NCBI GenBank assembly: GCA_041687695.1
Contig: JAWLBL010000004.1
Location: forward strand, 224,001-288,000
Direction: 5' to 3'
Origin: Myxococcota bacterium
Lineage (GTDB): Bacteria > Myxococcota_A > UBA9042 > PHBI01 > JAWLBL01
DNA: 64,000 nucleotides
A program made the position numbers and the translations under genes. The notes below the pieces were generated by a model. The model saw only the letters and a list, made by a program, of their open reading frames with translations. It was not told the origin of the DNA and made no database searches. This document shows, piece after piece, positions 1 to 9,777 of the stretch (the first letter of the stretch is position 1; each line of letters starts with the position of its first letter).

Positions 1-35
1 GTAAGAGTCGCCGGGCCGAACGCGAGGAGAGGGCG

Positions 36-1604
36 ATGGAGACGCTGCAGAGTTACGTCGAAGGGGCTTGGGTCACCGGACGCGGCGCGCCGACCGCGCT
101 GCGCGATCCGTCGACCGAGGAGGTCGTCGCCGAGAGCTCGACCGAGGGCCTCGACTTCGGACGCGCCCTGGCCTTCGCCCGCGAGCGCGGCGCCCCGGCC
201 CTGCAGGCGATGACCTTCGCCGAGCGAGGGCAGCTGCTCGCGCGCCTCGCCGAGGTCGTGGTCGCCCAGCGCAACCACCTGCTCGACCTGTCGATGCTCA
301 ACAACGGCGCCACCCGCAGCGACGCCAAGTTCGACGTCGACGGCGCGTCGTTCACGCTGGCCGCCTACGCCGAGCTGGGCGCCGAGCTGGGCGACCGCCG
401 CTACCTGGTCGACGGCGAGGCGATCGAGCTGCTGCGGTCCAAGCGCCTGGCGGGCCTGCACGTCAAGGTGCCGCGCCCCGGCGCCGCGGTCCACGTCAAC
501 GCGTTCAACTTCCCCGCGTGGGGGCTGGCCGAGAAGCTGGCCGTGGCGCTGCTGGCCGGCATGCCCGTCGTGACCAAGCCCGCGACGGCGACCGCGCTGA
601 CGTCCTGGGCCCTGGCGCGGGCGCTGGTGGGGTCGGGCGCGCTGCCCGAGGGCGCGCTGAGCTTCATCGCCGGCAACCCGGGCGACCTCGTGGACCACCT
701 GCGGGGCGGCGACGTGCTGGCCTTCACCGGCTCGAGCGCCATCGGGCGGCAGCTGCGGAGCCTGCCGCACGTCCTGGCCGAGGGCATCCCCGTGAACGTC
801 GAGGCCGACAGCGTCAACGCCGCGGTCCTGGGGCCCGACGTCGCGCCGGGCGACGCCGCCTTCGATCTGTTCATCCGCGACGTCTTCCGCGACATCACCC
901 AGAAGACCGGCCAGAAGTGCACGGCCATCCGGCGCGTCCTGGTGCCCGAGGCCCAGGTGGACGCCGTGGTCGAGGCGCTGGCCGAGCAGGCCGCCAGGCT
1001 GAAGATCGGCGATCCGCGCGCGGACGGCGTCCGCATGGGGCCTGTTGTCACCGCCCGGCAGCGCGACGACGTGCTGGCGGGGGTCGCGCGTCTGTCCGAG
1101 ACGGTCACCCGCGTGCACGGGCGCGGGCGCCCCGCCGAGGTCGTCGGCGTCGAGGGCGAGCGCGGTTACTTCGTGGACGTGCACCTGTTCCGGGCCGAGA
1201 GCCCGGCGGCGGCGCTGGCCGCCGAGGCCGTCCACGCGCACGAGGTCTTCGGGCCGGTCGCGACGGTGCTGCCGTACGACGGCACGGCGCGCCAGGCGAG
1301 CCAGATGGTCGCGCTGGGCCGCGGCGGGCTGGTCGCGTCGGTCTACGGCGAGGACCGCGGCTGGACGCGGGACGTGGTGCTGGGGCTCGCCCCCTGGAGC
1401 GGCCGGGTCACCATCGGCAGCGAGAAGATCGCCGAGAGCTCGCCGGGGCCGGGGACGGTCCTGCCGCAGCTGGTGCACGGCGGCCCGGGGCGCGCGGGCG
1501 GTGGCGAGGAGCTGGGCGGCCTCCGCGGGATGGACTTCTACATGCAGCGGACCGCGCTGCAGGGCTACCGACCGCTGCTCGAGCGGCTGTTCGACGGGAC
1601 CTGA
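36..1604 (+). CDS. PaaZ-N/BoxD-like aldehyde dehydrogenase (3,4-dehydroadipyl-CoA semialdehyde dehydrogenase family), no MaoC domain
   Basis: Motifs NAFNFPAWG, KPATAT, FTGS, VEADS (catalytic Glu), GQKCTAIRR (catalytic Cys), HEVFGP, HGGPGRAGGGEELGG typical of PaaZ-type ALDH; GAGGAGAGG RBS upstream. Confidence 0.85.
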   Translation: METLQSYVEGAWVTGRGAPTALRDPSTEEVVAESSTEGLDFGRALAFARERGAPALQAMTFAERGQLLARLAEVVVAQRNHLLDLSMLNNGATRSDAKFDVDGASFTLAAYAELGAELGDRRYLVDGEAIELLRSKRLAGLHVKVPRPGAAVHVNAFNFPAWGLAEKLAVALLAGMPVVTKPATATALTSWALARALVGSGALPEGALSFIAGNPGDLVDHLRGGDVLAFTGSSAIGRQLRSLPHVLAEGIPVNVEADSVNAAVLGPDVAPGDAAFDLFIRDVFRDITQKTGQKCTAIRRVLVPEAQVDAVVEALAEQAARLKIGDPRADGVRMGPVVTARQRDDVLAGVARLSETVTRVHGRGRPAEVVGVEGERGYFVDVHLFRAESPAAALAAEAVHAHEVFGPVATVLPYDGTARQASQMVALGRGGLVASVYGEDRGWTRDVVLGLAPWSGRVTIGSEKIAESSPGPGTVLPQLVHGGPGRAGGGEELGGLRGMDFYMQRTALQGYRPLLERLFDGT

Positions 1605-1623
1605 GGCTAGGCGGGGCCCGGCG

Positions 1624-3651
1624 TCAGGCGGCGCTGGGCCCGCACAGCGGCAGGCGGATGTGCACGACGGTGCCGCGGCCCTCGTGGCTGTCGACGTCGA
1701 TGCGTCCGCCGAGGGCCTCGACCAGGCTCTTGCTGATGGCCAGCCCCAAGCCGAACCCGGCCCGCGAGGGCGCGGCGCGCCAGAAGCGATCGAACACGCG
1801 CGGCAGATCGCGCGCGGCGATGCCCGGCCCGGTGTCGGCCACCCACAGGTGCAGCGCGTCGGCTTCGCGGCGCGCGCCCAGCTCGATGCGCCCGCCCGCC
1901 GGCGTGAACTTCATCGCGTTGCCGACCAGGTTCTCCAGCGCCTGCTGGAGGCGGTGGCGGTCGGTCAGCACGCGCGGGAGGCTGCCCTCGGCCCAGACGA
2001 CCAGCTCGAGGTCGCGCTCGTGGGCGATGGGACGCGCCATCGTCACGACGCCCTGGAGGATCTCGAGCGGGTCCTCGTCGGTCGCGGCCAGTTCGAAGAC
2101 ACCCGCCTCGAGCGCGACCACGTCCATCAGATCCCGGATGAGGCGGTCGGCCCGCTCGGCGGCGCGCTCGATGCGCTCGAGCGCCTCGTCGACCACGCGC
2201 GGCCCCGGCTGCGAGGGCAGGCGGCGGCGTGCGAACTGGGCGTCGATGCGGATGGCCTGCACGGGGTTGCGGAGATCGTGCGAGACGACGGCCAGGACCT
2301 CCTCGCGGCTGCGGGCGGCCTCGCGGGCGGCCTCGAACAGGCGGGCGTTGTCCACGGCCAGGCCGGCGCGGGCGGCCAGCTCGGTGGCGTGGGCGAGGTC
2401 GGCGTGCCCGAAGCAGGGCTCTCGGGAGGTGCGTCCCATCCACAGGACGCCCAAGGTGCGCCCGCGTGCGCACAGCGGGACGGCGGCGAGGCAGCTCAGG
2501 TCCAGACGCTCGGCGGCCTCGCGCAGGCGCGGATCGGGGAAGGTGGCCTCCGCCCAGGCCGGGCCGGCGTCGGGGATGAAGGTGGGCGTGCCGCTGACGA
2601 GCACCTCGTGTAGATCGAGCCCGCGCGAGACCGCCTCGAGGTCGTCGGTCAGCGTGGCGAGCCGCTGTTGGGCCTCGGGGCCGTCGGCGTGGGCCAGCGC
2701 GACGCGCTCGAGGCGGTCGCCGTCGCCGACGGCGATCATCGCGCAGCGCGCCAGCTCGGGCACGACGAGGGCGGCGAGGGCCTCGAGGCGGGTGTGAACC
2801 TCGAAGCCGCTCGTGAGCTCCTTTCCGGCGGCGGCCAGCAGGGCCAGGCGACGCTCGGCGGCCCGGCGCTCGGTGACGTCGCGGATGAACAGGGCCTGAC
2901 GGCGCGCGTTCACGCTGGTGACGATGCACGAGGCCACCTCGACCCGGATCCGGCGCCCGTCCTTGTGCACGACGTCGATCTCGCCGCGGACGTGCCCGGT
3001 CCGATGGCAGTCCTCGACGATCCGGCGGCGCTCGTCGTCGGGGCCGTCCATGAACTCCGTGGCGCGGCGCCCGCGGACCTCGTCGACGGACCAGGCGAGC
3101 ATCGCCGTGATGGCCGGGTTGGCGTCGAGGATGTGCCCCTCGAGATCCAGGATGAGGATGCCGTCGAGGCTGTGCTCGAAGAGCGAGCGATAGCGCGACT
3201 CGCTGGCCCGCAGGGCGTCGAGCGCGCGGTGACGATCGGTGGTCTCGCGTTGGATGGCGACGAAGTGGGTCAGGTGGCCGGCCTCGTCGTAGACCGGCCG
3301 GATGGTGTGCTCGACCCAGAAGGCGGTGCCGTCCTTGCGGTGGTTGACCATCTCGATGCGCACCGTCTTGTGGGCCCGCAGATCGCGGCCGATGGCGGCG
3401 GCGACCTCGGGGTCCGTGCCGGGCCCCTGCAGGAAGCGGGGGTTGCGCCCCAGGGCCTCGTCGGCGGTGTAGCCGGTCATCCGGGTGAAGGCGGGGTTGA
3501 CGTAGACGATGCGAGGGCCGGGCTCGTCCAGCTCGGGCTCGGTCACCATCAGGGCGTCGTGCGCGTGGGTGACCGCGGCCTCGAGGAGCCGCAGGCGGGC
3601 TTCGGGAAACGATCGAAGCCGATGGGGGTCTTGGGGAGGTCGGGGGTGCAT
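1624..3651 (-). CDS. PAS-PAS-GAF sensor histidine kinase (cytoplasmic)
   Basis: PAS motifs (IVYVNPAFTRMTGY, NHRKDGTAFW; ILDANPA), GAF-like region, H-box SHDLRNP, N-box NLVGNAMKFT, G1 DTGPGI, G2 GFGLGL; start moved to ATG at 3651 because the upstream part of the track ORF overlaps the divergent gene. Confidence 0.9.
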   Translation of the reverse strand: MHPRPPQDPHRLRSFPEARLRLLEAAVTHAHDALMVTEPELDEPGPRIVYVNPAFTRMTGYTADEALGRNPRFLQGPGTDPEVAAAIGRDLRAHKTVRIEMVNHRKDGTAFWVEHTIRPVYDEAGHLTHFVAIQRETTDRHRALDALRASESRYRSLFEHSLDGILILDLEGHILDANPAITAMLAWSVDEVRGRRATEFMDGPDDERRRIVEDCHRTGHVRGEIDVVHKDGRRIRVEVASCIVTSVNARRQALFIRDVTERRAAERRLALLAAAGKELTSGFEVHTRLEALAALVVPELARCAMIAVGDGDRLERVALAHADGPEAQQRLATLTDDLEAVSRGLDLHEVLVSGTPTFIPDAGPAWAEATFPDPRLREAAERLDLSCLAAVPLCARGRTLGVLWMGRTSREPCFGHADLAHATELAARAGLAVDNARLFEAAREAARSREEVLAVVSHDLRNPVQAIRIDAQFARRRLPSQPGPRVVDEALERIERAAERADRLIRDLMDVVALEAGVFELAATDEDPLEILQGVVTMARPIAHERDLELVVWAEGSLPRVLTDRHRLQQALENLVGNAMKFTPAGGRIELGARREADALHLWVADTGPGIAARDLPRVFDRFWRAAPSRAGFGLGLAISKSLVEALGGRIDVDSHEGRGTVVHIRLPLCGPSAA

Positions 3652-3876
3652 CCAGTCTGGAATGATACGGGCCGTCCATGGCGCGCCCAGCCGTTGGGCC
3701 CAATAACGAGGGGCGTGCGCCGGACGACGCGAGATTCGACGGAGTTTTCGCCACCGCGCGGGGTCGATCGGACCAGGCGTTCGTGGGCGTTCGGCCCGGG
3801 GGCGGCGCGCTCGGTGTGAATAGGCGCGCGGGTCGGCGCGTCGCAGCCCCGTCCTGGTGGACGCGAGGTGCTTAGA

Positions 3877-4860
3877 ATGATTGGATTTCCTGTCCGGCCG
3901 CCGCGGCTCCTGATCGTCCTGCTCACCACGGCCGCGCTGGTCGTCCCGGCCGTCGCCTCGGCCCATCCGGGCGGCGGACACGGGCGTCGCGGGCCCGCCT
4001 ACCGCGTCTACCGTCAGGCGCCGCCCTATGTCGTCCGGCGGCAGGCGCGGCCGCGCGTCTACGTCGGCCGTCCGCGTGCGCGGGTCGTGTGGCCGCCGGT
4101 CGTGGTCGTGCCCGCGCCGCCGCCGGTGGTAGTGGTCCCGCGCTACCGCTACGAGGTCCAGCCCGTCCCGGCGCCGCCCGACGAGCGTTGGGAGGACGAG
4201 GTCCAGCCGGTGGATCCCGACGAGGCGCCCGACGACGACGAGCGTTGGGGCGACGACGACCCCGAGGAGGTCTGGGAGGACGACGCGCCCCCGCAGAATC
4301 GTCCGGGAACGCCGCCCGATCTCCAGGATCCGTGGCGCCCCGACCCGCCGACCTACCAGGCCCCGCGCGCGCCGGCCCCGCGGCCGTCGCAGCCGCAAAA
4401 CCCGACGCCGGCCCCCGCGCCCGCCCCCGAAAGGGCCAGCCAGAGCGTGGCCGGCCTCGAGCAGGAGATCCTGCGCCTGGTCAACGTCGAGCGGCAGCGC
4501 GCCGGGCTGACCCCGCTGAAGCACGCTCCGGCCCTGGTGCAGCCCGCGCGTCGGCACAGCCGCGAGATGCTCGAGCTGAAGTACTTCTCGCACACCTCGC
4601 CCGTGCGCGAGCACGCCGAGTTCACCGACCGCCTGCGCCTCGCCGGCGTCAAGGACTACGGCGTCGCCGGCGAGAACCTGGCGATGCGGTCACGCACGCC
4701 CGATCTGGCGGCGATGCTGGTCCAGATGTGGATGGACAGCCCGGGTCACCGGGCCAACATCCTCGAGCCGCGGTTTCGCTACCTCGGCGTCGGGGTCCAC
4801 GGCGACGACCGCGTCGTCTACGCGACGCAGCTCTTCACCTCGAAGCTGAACGGGCGCTGA
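3877..4860 (+). CDS. Secreted CAP/SCP-domain protein with Pro/Arg-rich then acidic N-terminal linker
   Basis: Signal peptide (…AVASA); C-terminal CAP motifs LVNVERQRAGL, ARRHS, FSH, GENLA, WMDSPGHRANIL; GAGGTG RBS before ATG 3877. Confidence 0.85.
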   Translation: MIGFPVRPPRLLIVLLTTAALVVPAVASAHPGGGHGRRGPAYRVYRQAPPYVVRRQARPRVYVGRPRARVVWPPVVVVPAPPPVVVVPRYRYEVQPVPAPPDERWEDEVQPVDPDEAPDDDERWGDDDPEEVWEDDAPPQNRPGTPPDLQDPWRPDPPTYQAPRAPAPRPSQPQNPTPAPAPAPERASQSVAGLEQEILRLVNVERQRAGLTPLKHAPALVQPARRHSREMLELKYFSHTSPVREHAEFTDRLRLAGVKDYGVAGENLAMRSRTPDLAAMLVQMWMDSPGHRANILEPRFRYLGVGVHGDDRVVYATQLFTSKLNGR

Positions 4861-4888
4861 CGCGAGCGGGCGGCCGGCGACGGCGGGC

Positions 4889-5260
4889 CTACAGGGGGCG
4901 GACGACCCAGTAGGCCCCGCTCCGCTGAAGGTGGAGCTTGTCGCGGTGCAGCGCGACCCGGAAGGCGTCGACCAGCTCGGCCGCGGTGATGGGTCGGGGC
5001 GCCAGCAACGTCAGCGTCCGGTCACCCAAATCCGAGGGCTGCAGCAGGATGTTCATCTGCGACACGCAGGAGACCAGGCGCGCCACGTCGACCAGCGGCA
5101 TCGCCTCGAAGTCGACCCGGAAGCGCTCGCCGCGCTTGGCGGGGCGACACGTCTGGGCAGCTTCGCGGGCTGGCGTGGGCGGCGGGGCGTCGGCCCGGGC
5201 CGGAGAGGCGGTCAGGGCGGCGAGGGCCAGCAGCCCGAGCGTGCATCGGAGTCGTCGCAT
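4889..5260 (-). CDS. Small secreted protein resembling a stand-alone secretin (GspD) N0 domain
   Basis: Signal peptide (…SPARA), then FRVDFEAMPLVDVARLVS…NILL…TLTLLAPRPITAAELVDAFRVAL…SGAYWVV, resembling GspD N0; start at ATG 5260. Confidence 0.55.
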   Translation of the reverse strand: MRRLRCTLGLLALAALTASPARADAPPPTPAREAAQTCRPAKRGERFRVDFEAMPLVDVARLVSCVSQMNILLQPSDLGDRTLTLLAPRPITAAELVDAFRVALHRDKLHLQRSGAYWVVRPL

Positions 5261-5358
5261 CACCGGCCGGAGCGTGGCACGGGGCCGCGGCCGCCTCAAG
5301 CGCGGGGCTGCCCAGGTTCCTTGAATCGGAGGCGGGGCGAGGGCAGGATGCAGCGCGC

Positions 5359-8300
5359 ATGTCACGCGCGCCAAAGAGCCGCGGTCGGGTCGCGTCCTCG
5401 TCGCCATCCTGCCGGGCGGTCGTCACCCTGGCGTGGCTGTTCGTGGCCCTCACGGGTTGCGCGGACGCCACCTTGCCCCTGGACGCGGCCTGCGGGGCCG
5501 ACGCCCAGTGCACCTCGGGGCTGTGTTACAAGGCCCGCTGCCTCGACCCCGGGGCCGATCCCGACCAGGACGGGCTGACCAACGCGCAAGAGCGTGACCT
5601 GCGGACCGACCCCGACGACCCGGACACCGACGGGGACGGGCTGCCCGACGGCGTCGAGGTGGGCGACCCGGGCGACCCGCGCAACAGCGACGGGACCGGC
5701 GCCCACGACGCCCTCGAGAGCGCCATCGCCGACGCGGATCGGGACTGCATCAAGGACCAGTTCGACCCCGACGACGCCGTCCGGGAGACGGATCTGGGCG
5801 TGGTCGCGCGCGCGGCCTGCAAGAGCGCGGGGGTGTGCGGGTCGGCCGAGGCGGTGATCACGGCCGAGTGTCGGCTGGTCCAGGTCGACGGAGCGTCGGT
5901 GGCCGAGGTGACCTGCCACGTGCAGGCCCCGGGGTATGAGGCGGTCGAGAGCGCGTGTGACGGGCTCGACAACGACTGCAACGGGCTGACCGACGAGCGG
6001 TCCACGTACGTCGGGCCCGACGGGGTGGCGCGGACGGTGGGCGAGCCGTGCCAGGGCGTGGGTGCCTGCGAAGGGGCCAGCGGGGTCGTCGAGTGCACGC
6101 CGCCGGGCGAGGGCGCGGGCGGGGCGCGGTGCTCGGTCAACCAGGGCGGCAGCGCGTTCGCCGGGGCGGCGGTGGACACGCCGTGCAACGACGTGGACGA
6201 CGACTGCAACGGCGTCACCGACGACGGGGTCGTGTGGAGGGACCCGGTCAGCGGCGAGGACGTGCCGGTCGGGCAGCCGTGCCGCGGCCGCGGCGTGTGC
6301 GGCGAGGGCGTCGTGCAGTGCCACGAGGCGCTGGGGACCGGGGTGTGCTCGACCGAGCCGGGCGGGCGCCAGGACACGAGCGCGCCCGAGACCTGCGACG
6401 GGCGGGACGAGGACTGCGACGGCATCACCGACGAGGGCTTCGCGTGGACCGGCGCGGACGGGGTGGCGCGCGGGGTCGGCGAGGCGTGCGGCGTCGGGGC
6501 GTGTCAGGGGGGCGTCGTGGCGTGCCAGGCCGGGGCGCCGGTGTGCACGACGGCCGGGCTGGCGTCGGGCGGGCTCGAGACCTGCGACGGCGTGGACGAG
6601 GACTGCGACGGAGCGGTCGACGAGGCGGAGGGCCTGCTGCTGGGGTGCCCGAGCGTGGGCGTGTGCCAGGGCGTGACGTGGAGCGGCGCCAGCTGCGTGG
6701 ACGGCGCGCTGGTGTGCCAGGGCGACGTCGCGTGGGAGCCGCTGGGCGAGACGCTGTGCGACGGGCTGGACAACGACTGCGACGGCGCGACGGACGAGGG
6801 GCTGCTGACGGACGACGGGCTGGCGCTGGGGGCGGTGTGCGTCGGGCGGGGGGCGTGCCTGGGCGCGACGGGCGTCGTCGGCTGCGGGGCGCTGCTCGGC
6901 GAGGGGCTGCCCGCGGCGCCGATGTGCAGCGCGAACCTGGGGGGGAGCGCCGAGACCTGCAACGGGGTCGACGACGACTGCGACGGCGTCGTGGACGACC
7001 AGCTGGGGGCGCCGCCGGCGCTGCCCTGTGGGACCCAGGGCGTGTGCGCGGGTTACGGGACGCCGGCCGTGCTGTGCGTCGACGGGACGTGGGCCTGTGC
7101 CTACGAGGCGTCCGAGACCTGGGAGGTCGAGGAGACGCTCTGCGACGGGCTCGACAACGACTGCGACGGGCTGACCGACGAAGGCACGCCGCAGGCTTTC
7201 GTGGGGCCTTGGCAGACGTGGGCGCCGTCGCAGCCGCCGGCGCGCGTGCGCTGGCTCGTCGAGGGGGCGGCGCACGGGCCGCGGTTCTTGTACGGCGGGT
7301 GGACGCCGGGCGACGCGCCGAGCGTGCTGGCCGATCTGTGGCGCTTCGACCCCATCGGGGCGGTCTGGCAGCTCGAGGGCGAGGGGCAGGGGCCGGGGCC
7401 GAGGGCGGGGCACCATGCGGCGTGGGTGCCCGGGACGGCCCGGCTGCTGGTCGGCGGGGGCTTCGACGACGTGTCCGCCGAGGCGCCGGGGGGGCTGCCC
7501 GACGGGGCCGCCATCGACGATCTGTGGGCGTTCGACCCGGTGTCGGGCGGGTGGCAGGCCGTCGTGCAGCTCGGGCCGCGGCCCAAGCGGCGCCACGCCA
7601 CGCTGACGGCGGTCGGGGCCGGCACGGTGCTGCTGTTCGGCGGGCGCGCCGAGGACGCGTACGGCCCCATGCTACTCGGCAAGCTGTCCACGCAGGTGAC
7701 GCCCGAGGGGGTGCCGACGCTGGTGTGCGAGTGGCACGCCTTGCCCGCGGCGACGCCGGCCAGGTACGGCCACGCCGCCGCCTGGACCTCGGGCCTCGGA
7801 CGACTCGTGGTGGTCGGCGGGCTCGAGGAGGGCGGTGACGCGCCACCTTCGTACGTGATGGCGCTGGCCTTCCCGAAGGGGCTCGTGCCCAACGCCGTGG
7901 TCGACGTCCTCGCCTACTCGTCGCCGAGCACGGCGCGGCTACTGCCCGCGGCGACCGTGGCCCCCGGCGTCCAGTCGGTGGTGGCCGTCGGCGGACGCGC
8001 TCCGGCGCCGGGCGGCGCGGGCAAGCTCTTCGCGGACGCCATCGTGGTCTCTCCGGACGGCAGCGACCACGTCATGGCGGCCGGACCGCTGGGGGCGCCC
8101 GCGACCTGGGGGGCCGCCGCCTGGATGGTCCCGTCCGCCGGCGTGCGGGTCAGCGGGGGCGTGGGCGCCGCAGGCGTGTCGCGCCGGTCCGTCTGGACGC
8201 TGGCGCCCGGGCCACAGGGCTGGGCCTGGGGTGGGGCGGTCGAGTGGGCCGGGCCGGCGCCGCGGCTCGGGGCGACCCTCATCGCCAACGGCGCCGGGAC

Positions 8301-9243
8301 CGAGGCCTGGCTGCTGGGCGGGACGGAGGCGCCCTTCAGCGAGGGCGGCGCCCTGCAGGACGTCTGGGCGTTCGCGCTGGGGGCGGTGGGGGCGCCGAAG
8401 TGGCAGCCGGTCGTCAAGCCGGCGGGCGGGGGGACGGTCGTCGACCTGACGAAACCTGCGGTCTGGGACGCGGTCGGCGCGTGGGACCCGGTGGGGCAGC
8501 GGGCCCTGCTGTACGGCGGGGTCACGGCCAGCGGCCAGCTCGCCGCCGATCTCTGGGTCTTCGATCCGGCCGCCGCGACGCTCGCCAAGGCCGACGCGCA
8601 GGGGACCCCGCCGCCGGGCGCGGCCGGGACGGTGTTCTCGGTGGCGCCCGGGGGGGCGACGGCCTTCCTGGTGGGGGTGGGGGGCGCCTACGACCTGCCG
8701 GCGGCGAGCCCGGAGCCCGCGGCGCCCCTCCAGGTCGGCGTGAGCCCCGAGGTGCATACGCTGACGCTGGCGACGCTGACGTGGAGCCCCGCCCCGGTCA
8801 GCGCCAGCGCGCCGCCGCCGGCCGGGGTGGTCGGGCTGGCGGGCGGGGCCGTGCCGGGGGCCCTGCGCCTGGCGGTGCTGCGCGACGACACGACGCTGAC
8901 CCTGTGGTCGGTCGATCCGGCGACCGGCGCCTGGCTGCGCACCTGGCCGGCTGAAGGCGAGACCCCGGCGCCGACCGGGTGGGTGGGGCTGGTCGCGCAC
9001 GCCTTCGACGCGGGGTCCGACCAGGCGCTGGTCGTCGCGCGCGACGACGCGGGGGACGCGTGGGTCGTGCGCGTCGACTTCGCGAAGGGCCAGGTGACGC
9101 CGCTGCAGGACCTGCCGCTGTCGCTGACCGACGGGCTGGCGCTGGCGCGGCACCTACAGGCGGGGGCGATCGGGTTCGGCGGGGTGGACGGGCAGGGCGT
9201 CGTGCGGGGCCAGGCCTACTCGGCCGCGCAGGTCTGCCAGTAG
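5359..9243 (+). CDS. Large lipoprotein: Ca-binding DxDxDG motifs, 7 CDGLDNDC-type (putative metal-binding) repeats, C-terminal Kelch-like propellers
   Basis: Lipobox LTGC; repeats such as CDGLDNDCNGLTDE; Kelch-like LYGG…DLWRFD…W and PR..H.A motifs. Confidence 0.8.
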   Translation: MSRAPKSRGRVASSSPSCRAVVTLAWLFVALTGCADATLPLDAACGADAQCTSGLCYKARCLDPGADPDQDGLTNAQERDLRTDPDDPDTDGDGLPDGVEVGDPGDPRNSDGTGAHDALESAIADADRDCIKDQFDPDDAVRETDLGVVARAACKSAGVCGSAEAVITAECRLVQVDGASVAEVTCHVQAPGYEAVESACDGLDNDCNGLTDERSTYVGPDGVARTVGEPCQGVGACEGASGVVECTPPGEGAGGARCSVNQGGSAFAGAAVDTPCNDVDDDCNGVTDDGVVWRDPVSGEDVPVGQPCRGRGVCGEGVVQCHEALGTGVCSTEPGGRQDTSAPETCDGRDEDCDGITDEGFAWTGADGVARGVGEACGVGACQGGVVACQAGAPVCTTAGLASGGLETCDGVDEDCDGAVDEAEGLLLGCPSVGVCQGVTWSGASCVDGALVCQGDVAWEPLGETLCDGLDNDCDGATDEGLLTDDGLALGAVCVGRGACLGATGVVGCGALLGEGLPAAPMCSANLGGSAETCNGVDDDCDGVVDDQLGAPPALPCGTQGVCAGYGTPAVLCVDGTWACAYEASETWEVEETLCDGLDNDCDGLTDEGTPQAFVGPWQTWAPSQPPARVRWLVEGAAHGPRFLYGGWTPGDAPSVLADLWRFDPIGAVWQLEGEGQGPGPRAGHHAAWVPGTARLLVGGGFDDVSAEAPGGLPDGAAIDDLWAFDPVSGGWQAVVQLGPRPKRRHATLTAVGAGTVLLFGGRAEDAYGPMLLGKLSTQVTPEGVPTLVCEWHALPAATPARYGHAAAWTSGLGRLVVVGGLEEGGDAPPSYVMALAFPKGLVPNAVVDVLAYSSPSTARLLPAATVAPGVQSVVAVGGRAPAPGGAGKLFADAIVVSPDGSDHVMAAGPLGAPATWGAAAWMVPSAGVRVSGGVGAAGVSRRSVWTLAPGPQGWAWGGAVEWAGPAPRLGATLIANGAGTEAWLLGGTEAPFSEGGALQDVWAFALGAVGAPKWQPVVKPAGGGTVVDLTKPAVWDAVGAWDPVGQRALLYGGVTASGQLAADLWVFDPAAATLAKADAQGTPPPGAAGTVFSVAPGGATAFLVGVGGAYDLPAASPEPAAPLQVGVSPEVHTLTLATLTWSPAPVSASAPPPAGVVGLAGGAVPGALRLAVLRDDTTLTLWSVDPATGAWLRTWPAEGETPAPTGWVGLVAHAFDAGSDQALVVARDDAGDAWVVRVDFAKGQVTPLQDLPLSLTDGLALARHLQAGAIGFGGVDGQGVVRGQAYSAAQVCQ

Positions 9244-9250
9244 GCCCCGG

Positions 9251-9751
9251 TCAGGCGCGGCGCGAGCCGATGGCGGCGCGCTCGGCCTCGGAGGCGACGA
9301 CGTGCACGGCGGCGAGCTGCGGCTCGGCCGCGAACAGCTCGAGGAGCTGGGCGCCGTTGCGCTCGAGCGGCGTCGTCAGGGTCTCGACCCGGAAGAGGTC
9401 GCAGGTCAGGCGCCGGGCGCCCAGCCCGGTGACGACCTCGAGGGCGGCGCGGGCCGTGGCCAGGGCGCGGTCGACCCGGTACTCGGCGCGGGGGCCCAGG
9501 CCGAAGAGCAGCAGCTGGGCGTGGGGCAGGCGCCGTCCGAGCGGGTAGAGGATGCGCTCGCCGAGCGCGCCGCTGGCGAAGCCGGTGAGGAACCATCGGC
9601 TCAGGCCGCCGCACAGCCGCCAGTCGACCAGGCCCGTCAGCCCCTCGAGGGGGCGCTCGTCCGAGAACACCGACAGCGCGAGGACGTCGTCGTCGAGGTC
9701 GTCGAGCGCGCGGAGCTCGGCCGGCACGAGTCGGACCCGCCCGCCGGCCAT
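9251..9751 (-). CDS. Hypothetical protein, peptidase M17 N-terminal (macro-like) domain type
   Basis: DERPLEGLTGLVDWRLCGGLSR and LLLFGLG motifs recalled for stand-alone M17-N proteins; start at ATG 9751 downstream of nusB. Confidence 0.6.
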   Translation of the reverse strand: MAGGRVRLVPAELRALDDLDDDVLALSVFSDERPLEGLTGLVDWRLCGGLSRWFLTGFASGALGERILYPLGRRLPHAQLLLFGLGPRAEYRVDRALATARAALEVVTGLGARRLTCDLFRVETLTTPLERNGAQLLELFAAEPQLAAVHVVASEAERAAIGSRRA

Positions 9752-9777
9752 CCAGACGCCGGGTCCACCTATCGACA

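Noticed and set aside
3652..4614. N-terminal 320 aa of the 996-aa kinase ORF
   Set aside because: It is antisense to the CAP gene and non-protein-like; the real kinase starts near 3651
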